Below, one piece after another: positions 27,817 through 37,126 of a stretch of 64,000 nt of DNA (positions within the stretch are counted from its first letter, which is position 1; every line of letters starts with the position of its first letter). This DNA is from Candidatus Omnitrophota bacterium (lineage in GTDB: Bacteria > Omnitrophota > Gorgyraeia > Zapsychrales > JANLHA01). The notes beneath the pieces were generated by a model that did not search any database, was not told where the DNA came from, and saw only the letters and a list, made by a program, of their open reading frames with translations. The position numbers and the translations under genes are program-made. The stretch covers positions 986,662-1,050,661 of the forward strand of contig OY759724.1 of NCBI GenBank assembly GCA_963662715.1, written 5' to 3'.

Positions 27817-30233
27817 TATTCTATCACAACTTTAACCTTATGAACCTGGGCATCTTTAAAAGGAACAATGATATCCCCTTCTATGACCTGCCCATCCACC
27901 GTGATCGTTTTCCGGCCTTTTTCCTTGCCTTGAGGGTTAAAAATCTCTATTTCATAAACATCCCCCCGGAAGGGCCGGCGGATAAAACATTTTTTCCACT
28001 GAGGAGGAAGACACGGATCAATCCTCAATCCCTCATAATCTCTCCGCACCCCCAGAATCCATTCCGTAGCCAACATAAAATTCCATCCCGACGTTCCGGT
28101 AATCCAGGTAAAAGCCCCCTCCCCGTAACGGTAGGGGTTGCCAGGCCCGACTAAATATTCGGCAAAAACATACGGTTCCGTCTTATACAGCTCCATATTC
28201 TTTTGTTTGTTGGGCATGATCTTACACACAGCCTCATAAGCTTTGGCCCCGTAGCCGGCCATGGCATACCCGACCGCCATAAAAGTGGCGGCGTGGCAGA
28301 AAACAGCGGCATTCTCTTTTGTCCCTTCAGAAAACATGCTGATGCGTCCCAGCCTCTGAACCCAGTCAGAATAGGCAGGAGCAAAAAGAGCCAGCCCATG
28401 GGGACCGTTAAGATATTTATCCGTGGCCTGCAGGATTTTTTTCAAGCGATCACCCCGGGCCACTTCTGAAAGCACTGCCCAGGCCTGCGCATTTAAAAAG
28501 ATTTTGCCTTCCTTGTCTTTCTTGCTTCCGTAGACCTGCCCCTGGTCATCAAATCCGCGGGCGTACCATTCTCCGTCCCAGCCCGCGGTATTTATCCGCT
28601 CATCCATCGTCTTGGCCATCTGCAAATATTCCGCTTTTTTCTGTTCTTCATTGACCAGCTGACAAAGTTCGGCTAAAACTTTAAGCGACCGGACCAAAGC
28701 TTCTGCCAACCAGACGCTTTCCCCTTTATGCTGAATACCGGCAGCGTCAATAGCATCATTCCAGTCAGCATGGCCGATTCTGGGGAACCCTTTTTCTCCG
28801 ACATCGTTAAAGCAATAACGCAGATTCTTTTCTAAGTGCTCGAAAAGGGTGCCTTCCCCATCGGTCTGAGCCCCTCCTTTGTGCTGCGGATCCACCTCCC
28901 AGCCGTTGATCCACTTGTCTTTTAAATAAGGGACGTACTCAAAGAGAATATCCTTGTCTCCGGTTTCCTTAATATAAGAACTCACTGTCGCCGTCAGCCA
29001 GATGGGGTGGTCTTTATTGGGAAGAAATTTATGCGGGCCTACGGTGTCCGACCACCCGGGAGCCGATGTCCCGTCCCTGCGGATCAAAGAGGCCAGTTTT
29101 AAAATTTTTTGACGCGTTAGGGCCGCATTGATAGAAACAGCCGCCTCAGAATCCTGGGCGGAATCCCGGTAGCCCCGGCCGCCGGATCCCTCGTGGTAAA
29201 AACTCGGGGACCGTGACCAGAGATTACATATATACAGCTGGTATTTCACCCAAATGTTGAAAAGGGTGTCGAAATCTTTATCCGGGGTTTTACAGACAAT
29301 ATTATCCACGACACGCTTCTTCCAGATATCCTGTGTCCGGATCAGCTCCTGCCTGGCTAATTTGGGTTGACGATACTTAGCAACGGTCTTCCCGATACCT
29401 GAGATATCATGGCTCTGTCCTAAAACGACCGTGAATTCTTTAGACTGCCCCGGGCCTAATGTCAGCGTATGCTTATAGGCTCCTATGCTGTCTTCCCCGG
29501 AACAGAGATAAAAATTCTTGAAATGACCGTCAATCACCGCCTCCGGCTTTTCCTCGGTGTTATAACGGCCCAGGAACGCATCTTTCTGAGTGCAACAGCC
29601 CTTGACGGGCAAGGAAGAAGCAAAGTATATCAGGGAATCAAACGGCTGGATATTCATCCCCTGCCATTGAGCGGTCTTCTTGGCATACACAACTTTCTGT
29701 TTTTTATCAAACCATACCCGGTTGTATAAGTTCATAATGTTCCGGTATCTCAAATCCTCATGATAATCTCCTATGAGAAATTCCACATAAGGGTAAACTT
29801 CCAGTTTTTTTTCCTTTTTCGACGGATTCGTGATGTTCACCAGCCAAACTTCACAGGATTCATCCTCCGGCACAAAAAAAGTTACTTCCGAGCGGACACC
29901 ATTATTCAAGGCGGAAATCGTCGTATACCCCAGGCCATGCCGGCATTCATACTGCTGAGGCGTCACCCGAAGAGGCTGGTATGTCAAAGACCAGGCTTTC
30001 TTACCTTCTCGCATAAAGATGTATTTCCCCGGCCGGTCAAAATGCCAGTTTTCCGGGGCCCAGCGCGTAATACGGTTGCTTCGGCAGTCCTTATAAAAAC
30101 TGTATCCCCCGGCACACTGTGAGAGGATACAACAGTAATTTTCATTTGTAAGATAATTGATCCAGGGGCGGGGCGTGAGCGGAGTTGTAATAACATATTC
30201 TAAGCCTGATTTTGAAAAATATCCGTACTTCAT
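27816..30233 (-). CDS. GH94 family disaccharide phosphorylase (cellobiose/laminaribiose/chitobiose phosphorylase-like)
   Basis: The N-terminus MKYGYFSKSGLEYVITTPLTPRPWINYL is typical of GH94, and the protein is about 805 aa with (alpha/alpha)6 catalytic region motifs. Start refined to the ATG at 30233, 9 nt after AAAGAGG. The track ORF starts at 30389. Confidence 0.9.
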   Translation of the reverse strand: MKYGYFSKSGLEYVITTPLTPRPWINYLTNENYCCILSQCAGGYSFYKDCRSNRITRWAPENWHFDRPGKYIFMREGKKAWSLTYQPLRVTPQQYECRHGLGYTTISALNNGVRSEVTFFVPEDESCEVWLVNITNPSKKEKKLEVYPYVEFLIGDYHEDLRYRNIMNLYNRVWFDKKQKVVYAKKTAQWQGMNIQPFDSLIYFASSLPVKGCCTQKDAFLGRYNTEEKPEAVIDGHFKNFYLCSGEDSIGAYKHTLTLGPGQSKEFTVVLGQSHDISGIGKTVAKYRQPKLARQELIRTQDIWKKRVVDNIVCKTPDKDFDTLFNIWVKYQLYICNLWSRSPSFYHEGSGGRGYRDSAQDSEAAVSINAALTRQKILKLASLIRRDGTSAPGWSDTVGPHKFLPNKDHPIWLTATVSSYIKETGDKDILFEYVPYLKDKWINGWEVDPQHKGGAQTDGEGTLFEHLEKNLRYCFNDVGEKGFPRIGHADWNDAIDAAGIQHKGESVWLAEALVRSLKVLAELCQLVNEEQKKAEYLQMAKTMDERINTAGWDGEWYARGFDDQGQVYGSKKDKEGKIFLNAQAWAVLSEVARGDRLKKILQATDKYLNGPHGLALFAPAYSDWVQRLGRISMFSEGTKENAAVFCHAATFMAVGYAMAGYGAKAYEAVCKIMPNKQKNMELYKTEPYVFAEYLVGPGNPYRYGEGAFTWITGTSGWNFMLATEWILGVRRDYEGLRIDPCLPPQWKKCFIRRPFRGDVYEIEIFNPQGKEKGRKTITVDGQVIEGDIIVPFKDAQVHKVKVVIE

Positions 30234-30449
30234 ATGGTCCATCCTCTTTCTGATAATGTTATTATTTTGAAAAATATAGTAAAGAATACGTGGGATATTA
30301 TCATAGAGAAAAATTGCGGTCAAGATTTTTCCCAGATTAATCGCGATAAACAGGCGGGATACTGGCCTTGATCGTGTTTCAGATACCACGCGGGGATTCT
30401 GCTCTCTAAACAGGCAAAGTCGGTGGCCTACCCCCCGACTCCGCTCATT

Positions 30450-31010
30450 CTACTGGGCGCCGACCTTGTCTTTAAAATAGTCTACGGCGACCTGCATGCT
30501 TTCCTCCAAAAGCTTCGGAGTATTCACAAGATGTTTTTGGCCGGTTGGGCTGGAATAAAAGTCGATCAGATCCTGAAGTTCTTCCGCTGTGTAATATTTA
30601 GAGTAGACAGGGATCAGCTGTTCAATAACATCATCCGGGATCAAAACCCTTCTTAAATTCTCCCGTGTTTCTTCCGGGGCCTGTTCGATAATCTGGTTGA
30701 ATATTATCTGCATGTTACTGCGGGCCTTATTCGCCTTGAGCAGTTCAAAGATCAATTCCCTTTTCTCGGCCGCATCCTTTCTTTTCTCCCGCCGTTCTTT
30801 GGAAATATCTTCATCCCGGATAACTTTCTCAACCTCTTCATAATAAATTGTCTGCAGAACCTCACCGACTAAAACCTTCATGGAATACTTGCTCTCCTTC
30901 ACAATCTTACCGGAAATCTCACGGCCCCCCTTTAAATAAATAACGTCGGCAAAGACGCGGGCAGGGAAAAGCATTGCTACCATTAACAGCGCTAAAATTT
31001 TATTTTTCAT
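30450..31010 (-). CDS. Periplasmic hypothetical protein (DUF2059-like)
   Basis: A signal peptide (MKNKILALLMVAMLFPARVFA) is followed by a helical K/E-rich domain. Start refined to 31010 with RBS AAGGAGAT. Confidence 0.55.
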   Translation of the reverse strand: MKNKILALLMVAMLFPARVFADVIYLKGGREISGKIVKESKYSMKVLVGEVLQTIYYEEVEKVIRDEDISKERREKRKDAAEKRELIFELLKANKARSNMQIIFNQIIEQAPEETRENLRRVLIPDDVIEQLIPVYSKYYTAEELQDLIDFYSSPTGQKHLVNTPKLLEESMQVAVDYFKDKVGAQ

Positions 31011-31139
31011 AATGATCTCCTTATTCCTTAAATAACAATCTTTGATTCTTTGAAATACCCGACACCTCAACAGCATGCATCGCAATTCAGCCCCCGGACT
31101 TTATCAAAAGCGTTTCGGCTTAACCCGCAAGAATAGAAG

Positions 31140-32258
31140 TTGCGACCCAAAATTAAATATGTTACGATAATGCCCATGTTAACACAAATGAGAAAAAAAA
31201 TCGACCAAAGTTTAGAAGCCTTCCTGAACAAGGCTTATAAAGAATATAACCTTCAGCAGATTGACCCCATCCTCTTTCACAGCATCAGAGATTTCGTACT
31301 GCGCCCCGGGAAGCGCATCCGCCCTCTTCTCTTAATTTGCAGTTATAAAGGATACTGCCGCAAAAGCATCCGGATGACGCCTTCCATTTACTATGTCTCC
31401 TCCTGCATCGAATTACTGCACAATTTCATGCTGATTCACGATGATATTATCGACCGTTCGGACTTGCGCAGGGGAAAGCCGACGATGCACAAAATGCTTG
31501 AAAAAGCCGCTAAAACACCGGATCCGGCCCGTTTGGGCACAGACTTGAGCATTATTGCCGGAGATATCGTCTATGCCTTAGCTATCGACGCTTTTCTATC
31601 GATCAACGAAGACAAGAAACGGAAAGAAAAAGCTTTGAAGTATTTTATTCAGACAGCGGTTTTTACGGCCATGGGGGAATTTATTGATACCTTGCACGGG
31701 AACAGGAAGATCCCCCAGGTCACAGAAAAAGATGTCTTTCTGAACTATTCTCTTAAAACAGCCCGCTACACCTTTGACTGTCCGCTAGTCGTCGGCGCCA
31801 TTTTAGCCGGAGCCAATGAGCAGGACACGCGCCTTTTATCAGAACTCGGACTCCTGATCGGACAGGCCTTCCAAATACAAGACGACATCATCGGGGTGTT
31901 TGATACACAAAAAAACATCGGCAAGTCCATATTAAGCGACATCGCCGAATCAAAAAAAACCCTGCTGGTCTGCCATGCCTACCGGCACCTCAAAGGGAAA
32001 CAGCGCTCCCAATTCCTCTATTATTTCACCAAACCCCACACAACCTATAAGGATCTCACGGCGCTGCGGAAAATTTTTATCCAGACAGGCAGCCTGGCCT
32101 ACAGCCTGGATCAGATCCAGACCCGGTTAAAGCGTTCCGAAAAAATCCTGAAAAAGCTGAAGATAAAAAAACAACACCTCCATTATATAGAGAAGCTTCT
32201 TTTGGAATTATTCCACCACAGCCGGCGTATCGCTCAACATAACCACATTTCCTTTTAA
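31140..32258 (+). CDS. Polyprenyl diphosphate synthase (trans-isoprenyl diphosphate synthase family)
   Basis: The first aspartate-rich motif, LIHDDIIDRSD, and the second, QIQDDIIG, are present. The start codon is uncertain: TTG at 31140 or ATG a few codons downstream. Confidence 0.85.
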   Translation: MRPKIKYVTIMPMLTQMRKKIDQSLEAFLNKAYKEYNLQQIDPILFHSIRDFVLRPGKRIRPLLLICSYKGYCRKSIRMTPSIYYVSSCIELLHNFMLIHDDIIDRSDLRRGKPTMHKMLEKAAKTPDPARLGTDLSIIAGDIVYALAIDAFLSINEDKKRKEKALKYFIQTAVFTAMGEFIDTLHGNRKIPQVTEKDVFLNYSLKTARYTFDCPLVVGAILAGANEQDTRLLSELGLLIGQAFQIQDDIIGVFDTQKNIGKSILSDIAESKKTLLVCHAYRHLKGKQRSQFLYYFTKPHTTYKDLTALRKIFIQTGSLAYSLDQIQTRLKRSEKILKKLKIKKQHLHYIEKLLLELFHHSRRIAQHNHISF

Positions 32259-32415
32259 TTGTTCTCTTGCATTGAAACGTGCCACAAAGCGAACTTTTTT
32301 CAATTCCTTATCCGGGATACTTTACAATAAATTTTGCGGTCAGGGATTATAAGAAGAAAGGATTCGGAATCGCGCGATATCGGGCACGCGGTATTTCCTC
32401 GCGCTAAAATATATA

Positions 32416-33519
32416 TTACATAAGATACGGCATCATATTATCGAGGATAAGTCGGCCTTGCCCTGTGGCTCTTAACACCGTCTGTTCTTGCTGCAGCCAC
32501 CCTTCCTTTATAAAAGTGTTAATTTGCATTCTTACTTCATCAGGCAGCCTTATTTGATATTTTTCTTCCAATTGGCTGATATCAACACCGCGGTCCATCC
32601 TTAATCCAAAAGCCAGGCTTTCCTTCAAACGCTGAAGAGGTGACAAGACTTCATGCCCGGCCTCCGGGCTTTGGTGTTGTTCCACCCGGGACATATAATC
32701 ATTCAGCTTCTCTAAATTCCAACTCCTTCGCCCCTGATTGTGGGAATGGGCCCCCACGCCCAAACCGATGTAATCCCCACCCTGCCAATAATTGACATTA
32801 TGAACAGATTCGTATCCCGGCCTGGCAAAATTGCTGACTTCATACGGCTGATACCCATTGCTGGCAAGCCGTTCGTATGTCCGCCGATACATTTCTGCTT
32901 CCTGCGACCGGGGCAGAGGCTGAACGCTCCGGACGTAAAAACGGCTTCTTTGTTCAACCGTCAATGCATACAAAGACACATGTTCGCAACGGAGATCGAA
33001 AACACAACTTAAATCATATTCGATCTCATCCCAACTTTCCTGCGGAAAAGAATACATCAAGTCAAGATTAACATTACTGAAACCGCGCGTCCGCAACATC
33101 GCAAAAGCCTTATAAGCAGCGGCCGCCTGATGATTACGGCCTAAAAAACTCAAATATTTATCATGAAACGTCTGCGCTCCCAGACTGACCCGGTTAACCC
33201 CCAGGCCATACAAAACGTCCGCTTTCTCCTCATCCATCGTTTCAGGATTCGTCTCTATCGTCACCTCTTGAATGCCGTCGCAACGGAACACCCGAAAAAT
33301 ATATTGCAGGAGTTCTTGCAGCTGCCGGGTTTTTAGCAGAGTGGGGGTTCCCCCTCCGATATAGACAGAACGAAGACTCTGCCCCTGATGCTGCTGAGCC
33401 TCGCGCATAAGACAATGAACATATCGGTCCATATGCTGCTCTTTTGACACAGCAACAACGAACGAACAATAAAAACATTTTTTAACACAAAAAGGAATAT
33501 GAATATACAATGCGCGCAT
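32416..33519 (-). CDS. hemW: Radical SAM heme chaperone HemW (coproporphyrinogen III oxidase-like)
   Basis: It has a C-x3-C-x2-C motif (CVKKCFYC) at the N-terminus and HemN-like length and C-terminal domain. Confidence 0.9.
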   Translation of the reverse strand: MRALYIHIPFCVKKCFYCSFVVAVSKEQHMDRYVHCLMREAQQHQGQSLRSVYIGGGTPTLLKTRQLQELLQYIFRVFRCDGIQEVTIETNPETMDEEKADVLYGLGVNRVSLGAQTFHDKYLSFLGRNHQAAAAYKAFAMLRTRGFSNVNLDLMYSFPQESWDEIEYDLSCVFDLRCEHVSLYALTVEQRSRFYVRSVQPLPRSQEAEMYRRTYERLASNGYQPYEVSNFARPGYESVHNVNYWQGGDYIGLGVGAHSHNQGRRSWNLEKLNDYMSRVEQHQSPEAGHEVLSPLQRLKESLAFGLRMDRGVDISQLEEKYQIRLPDEVRMQINTFIKEGWLQQEQTVLRATGQGRLILDNMMPYLM

Positions 33520-33709
33520 ATTTTTTTATTTCTTTTTTTATCATCAACAGGCCATTTAACTCTTGTGATCCCGCGCTATGATCGCGCCATAGTAATTATA
33601 TTTTTTTCTCGACGGGAATTTTCACATTATTTTATCATTCTTCAAATAAAACGGACAACATTTTTTAACAACGAAAACATTTATTATTAAAAAAAACTTA
33701 AATTATTTT

Positions 33710-33737
33710 TTGCATTGAACTATGTGTGTGTTATCAT
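33710..33737 (+). promoter_or_regulatory. Sigma70-like promoter with extended -10 (TTGCAT-16-TGtTATCAT)
   Basis: The -35 TTGCAT sits at 33710-33715 and TGTTATCAT ends at 33737. The ATG at 33786 is about 40 nt downstream. Confidence 0.35.
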
Positions 33738-33785
33738 TTAATTAATAATATTAAAAATACTTCTTTCAAGAAAGGAGAAAGGAAC

Positions 33786-33929
33786 ATGCCAGTAAAAAAG
33801 AAAGCAGCTAAGAAAAAAGTTGCCAAGAAAAAAGTCGTAAAGAAGAAAGTCGCAAAGAAGAAAGTTGCCAAGAAGAAAGTCGCAAAGAAGAAAGTTGCTA
33901 AGAAAAAAGTCGCTGCTAAGAGAAAATAA
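33786..33929 (+). CDS. Small lysine/alanine-rich basic protein with KKKVA hexapeptide repeats (histone H1/Hc1-like nucleoid protein candidate)
   Basis: RBS AAAGGAGAAAGG lies about 6 nt before the ATG. The product is MPVKKKAAKKKVAKKKVVKKKVAKKKVAKKKVAKKKVAKKKVAAKRK. It is followed by a strong terminator. The track ORF begins upstream at 33726. Confidence 0.6.
   Translation: MPVKKKAAKKKVAKKKVVKKKVAKKKVAKKKVAKKKVAKKKVAAKRK
33805..33920 (+). repeat. Six to seven tandem 18-nt coding repeats (AAGAAGAAAGTCGCAAAG variants)
   Basis: Direct reading shows the repeats encode the KKKVAK units. This is not a CRISPR array: there are no spacers and the region is coding. Confidence 0.6.
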
Positions 33930-33945
33930 TTTTTCTGTACTCTTT

Positions 33946-33979
33946 AAAAACCCCCTGACATCTTCAGGGGGTTTTTTTA
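33946..33979 (+). terminator. Rho-independent terminator
   Basis: CCCCCTGA-CATCT-TCAGGGGG is followed by TTTTTTT. Confidence 0.7.
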
Positions 33980-34042
33980 TCCCTTTGATTATTCAACTGT
34001 CTGCTTGATTGATACCGGCAACATTATTATACTATAGAAACC

Positions 34043-36400
34043 ATGACGCACTTGCTGAAAAAAAGAGCTCTCCTGATCCCCTGCTTTTTGAGCTTGCTGC
34101 TTATCATCGCATTTTATGACGTTGTCTTTCTTAATAAAACCTTTAAAGTCACCACCGCTAATTCCCAGGCCCTGCCCACAGGCGCTTACGGGCAAGAAAA
34201 CAATAAACCCAAATTTATCCCCGTCAACGGGACAGATTCCCCGGTCCTCGAAGAACCCGCATATGCTTTTATCAAAAAAAATCTGAAAAAAGGGATACTT
34301 CCTCTCTGGAACCCCCACCAGGCCTGCGGATATCCTTTCATCGCCATGATGCAAATAGGCATCTTCTATCCCCTGAATTTCATTCTTTATATCTTTCCGG
34401 ACTACTATGCCTGGGATCTGCTCATACTGGCGCGTCTCTTATTAGCCGGATGCCTGACATTCTGGTTCATGAGAACCCTCGGCTTCAAAACGGCCCCCGC
34501 GCTCTGTTCCGCGGTTGCTTTTATGTTAAGCGGTCCGCTCCTCCTGCTGCAATACTGGACCGCCAATGTCGACATCACAACCCCCTTGATCCTTTTGGCG
34601 GCAGAAAGACTTGTCAGATACCACAAAATGAAAGACGCGGCTTTCCTGAGTCTCGCGGCGGCCTTTTCCATATTGGGAGGACATCCGGAAAACGTGTTTC
34701 TGGGGAATTTTTATAGCTTTTGTTTTTTTGTCTTCCGGCTATGGGCACACCGAAAAACCGTCCCGGTCCGGAGAACGGTCCTGCTATATGTCATGGCCTA
34801 CTTTTGGGCTCTGGGGCTTACGGCGTTTGACACTTTCCCCTTCTTTAAAAATCTTCTTTTTGAATTCTGGAGCGCACACCCTGAAGGGGTCGGCCTTTTG
34901 CTGGAGGAGCACCGCTCCCGCGCCTTAACTCTCGCCCTGCCCTATTTCTTCCAGGACGTCCCGCTCACTTATAAATGGGTTTTCTCCGGCTGGTGGGGAG
35001 GGTATATCGGGACACTGCCTTTTGCCCTGGCTTTCATCAGCCTTTACAACAAACAAAAAAAGGGTGCAAATTATTTCTTTGCCGTCATCGCCTTTCTTAT
35101 CATCAGCAAACAATATGCCCTGCCTTTTATTAATTGGATCGGATATCTGCCCTTGTTCAGCTCCTGCCGTTTTGCCAGCCACACCCCTTCCTTGGCGGCT
35201 TTTTCCCTGGCCGTATTAACGGGGATGGGGGTCAGAAGTATTGTCCTCAGCCGAAATTTATTCTTAAAAGGAATTCCCTTCAGCCTCTTTCTCATAATCA
35301 CCATAACGCTCCATCTCGTTTTTCATAATGATCCGGAGACACTGCCGCAAGCCTTCAAATCAAGCTTCCTGGCCTTTACTTTGCTTGTCATTTTGCAGGG
35401 CATTCTCTTCTGTAGAGATAAGGCCATTATCACAAAACGTATCACGGGATTATTATTGCTAACGGTTATCTTCGGAGAGTTATTTACGTATATTCACCGG
35501 GAAAGACCCTTTCGCTTTCATTCTTTCGGGGATGTTCCTTATATCGAATTCCTAAAATCCCAGCCTGAGCGTTCAAGGAGTTATGGGAATTTCTGGGCCT
35601 TCTACCCGAATACCGCCACCGGATTCGAAGTTGATGATCTGGGATATTTTTTCGGATTGGTTCCCAAACGGTTTGTCCGTCTCGTGAACACACTTTTTGT
35701 GCCCCGTCATTTCCGGGACGACCTGCGCCCTCCGGCTCTAAGAGCGATTCCTCTCCCCTATAGTGAAGACATCCTTAACCTGCTGAACGTACGTTTTATC
35801 ATAAAACCGGCTGACGAAACATTCGAAAAAAAATTCGCGCACTTCCGCGATGCTGCCCGGGACAGCAGACTCGTATACCGGGAAAAAGTCAAAATTCACG
35901 AAAGACCTCATGCCTATCCCCGGGCCTTTATTGTCCACAAAGCTATTTTCGAAACAGATGAACAGAAATCCCTGCAAATGTTAAAACACCTCAAAGAAAA
36001 AAGCCGCCATATCGCCATTCTGAATCATCCGCCCCTGCCCGCCATTCTTAACCTGCTGAAAAAAGCCCCGCTGCAGGACAACTCTTCGGTCAAGATCAGC
36101 CACTACTCAGCCAATCAGGTCGGACTGGGCGTGAACATGCAATCTCCCGGGTTTCTTGTTTTGGCAGACGCTTATCATCCGGACTGGAAGGTGTTTGTCA
36201 ACGGCCAGGAATCCAAAGTCCTGCAAACGGATTATTTTATCCGTTCGGTTTTCCTGCCCGCCGGACGCCACAAAGTTATATTCGTTTTTGCCCCGGCTTC
36301 TTTCACCATAGGGTGCTGGGTGAGTGTGCTGTCTCTGGCAGGACTTTTATTCATATATGCAAAACGATTCTGGGAATTCCGCCAACTTTCATTATCCTGA
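34043..36400 (+). CDS. YfhO-family polytopic membrane protein (polyprenol-phosphate-sugar dependent glycosyltransferase family)
   Basis: The 785-aa protein has an N-terminal multi-TM domain with LPLWNPHQACGYPFIAMMQIGIFYPLNF and a C-terminal beta domain, VLADAYHPDWKVFVNGQESKVLQTDYFIRSVFLPAGRHKVIF, typical of YfhO. Confidence 0.75.
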   Translation: MTHLLKKRALLIPCFLSLLLIIAFYDVVFLNKTFKVTTANSQALPTGAYGQENNKPKFIPVNGTDSPVLEEPAYAFIKKNLKKGILPLWNPHQACGYPFIAMMQIGIFYPLNFILYIFPDYYAWDLLILARLLLAGCLTFWFMRTLGFKTAPALCSAVAFMLSGPLLLLQYWTANVDITTPLILLAAERLVRYHKMKDAAFLSLAAAFSILGGHPENVFLGNFYSFCFFVFRLWAHRKTVPVRRTVLLYVMAYFWALGLTAFDTFPFFKNLLFEFWSAHPEGVGLLLEEHRSRALTLALPYFFQDVPLTYKWVFSGWWGGYIGTLPFALAFISLYNKQKKGANYFFAVIAFLIISKQYALPFINWIGYLPLFSSCRFASHTPSLAAFSLAVLTGMGVRSIVLSRNLFLKGIPFSLFLIITITLHLVFHNDPETLPQAFKSSFLAFTLLVILQGILFCRDKAIITKRITGLLLLTVIFGELFTYIHRERPFRFHSFGDVPYIEFLKSQPERSRSYGNFWAFYPNTATGFEVDDLGYFFGLVPKRFVRLVNTLFVPRHFRDDLRPPALRAIPLPYSEDILNLLNVRFIIKPADETFEKKFAHFRDAARDSRLVYREKVKIHERPHAYPRAFIVHKAIFETDEQKSLQMLKHLKEKSRHIAILNHPPLPAILNLLKKAPLQDNSSVKISHYSANQVGLGVNMQSPGFLVLADAYHPDWKVFVNGQESKVLQTDYFIRSVFLPAGRHKVIFVFAPASFTIGCWVSVLSLAGLLFIYAKRFWEFRQLSLS

Positions 36401-36545
36401 TTATCACCCGACACAAAAAAATTTTTACGGAATTTATATTCGGACAGGATGGATATCAACATCCCGGGCGGAGGGAAAAGGCAACACAAAAGGACAGACG
36501 TGATGTCTGCCCTTTGTGTTCAAAAGCAATAATGGAGGAATTTTT

Positions 36546-36845
36546 CTATTTTGCTTTTGCGGTCTTTCGTACCGTTTTTTTCTTAACTTTCACTGTTCTG
36601 GTTTTAACAGATTTTCTTTTGGCGATTTTCTCAGCCTCTTTTTTCTTTTTGATCTGCAAGGCTTGATACTTCTCCGGCATATGATACTTCATCCAGCCTT
36701 CGGCATAAAGCCGCAACCATTCATCCGTAGCTCTCTCGATACCTATACTATAACCTGCCTTTTGGCTTTCAATCCATAAATGGCGATTAATCTCTTCAAT
36801 GACTTGCTTATTCTTCAACAGTTCACGAACGTCGGAAATCTTCAT
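36546..36845 (-). CDS. Hypothetical protein with a 60-aa N-terminal domain and lysine-rich C-terminal tail
   Basis: The 99-aa product carries the tail IKKKKEAEKIAKRKSVKTRTVKVKKKTVRKTAKAK. I recognise no family. Confidence 0.5.
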   Translation of the reverse strand: MKISDVRELLKNKQVIEEINRHLWIESQKAGYSIGIERATDEWLRLYAEGWMKYHMPEKYQALQIKKKKEAEKIAKRKSVKTRTVKVKKKTVRKTAKAK

Positions 36846-37126
36846 AGGGCCTCCTTCGTGTATAGAGAACTTAAGGATAATAAATATTTATTTTGTTTGC
36901 TCGTGACCCCAGTTTAAAAGTCCGGGGCAATTATATATCTTAAATATACAAATTACAAAATATTTTTTGATTTTTATCTTAATGCCCTGACAGCATTTAA
37001 ACCGTCTATTGACCGAAGACGGGGAGCAGATCGTTCCCCGGGCTTAAAAAGTTTGCGGGCGCTGAAAGGGCGAACGCCCCGGGACGGGAACGGCCCGCCG
37101 CATGAAGGAATCAACTTGGCAAAACA

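Noticed and set aside
32340-32400. Weak hairpin (CGCGCGA...TCGCGC) between convergent polyprenyl synthase and hemW genes
   Set aside because: The stem is only 6-7 bp with a 20-nt loop and no clear T-run on either strand, which is insufficient to call a terminator.
33805-33920. Direct 18-nt repeats considered as a possible CRISPR-like array
   Set aside because: The repeats are contiguous with no spacers. They are in frame and encode KKKVAK units of a small protein that has an RBS and terminator.
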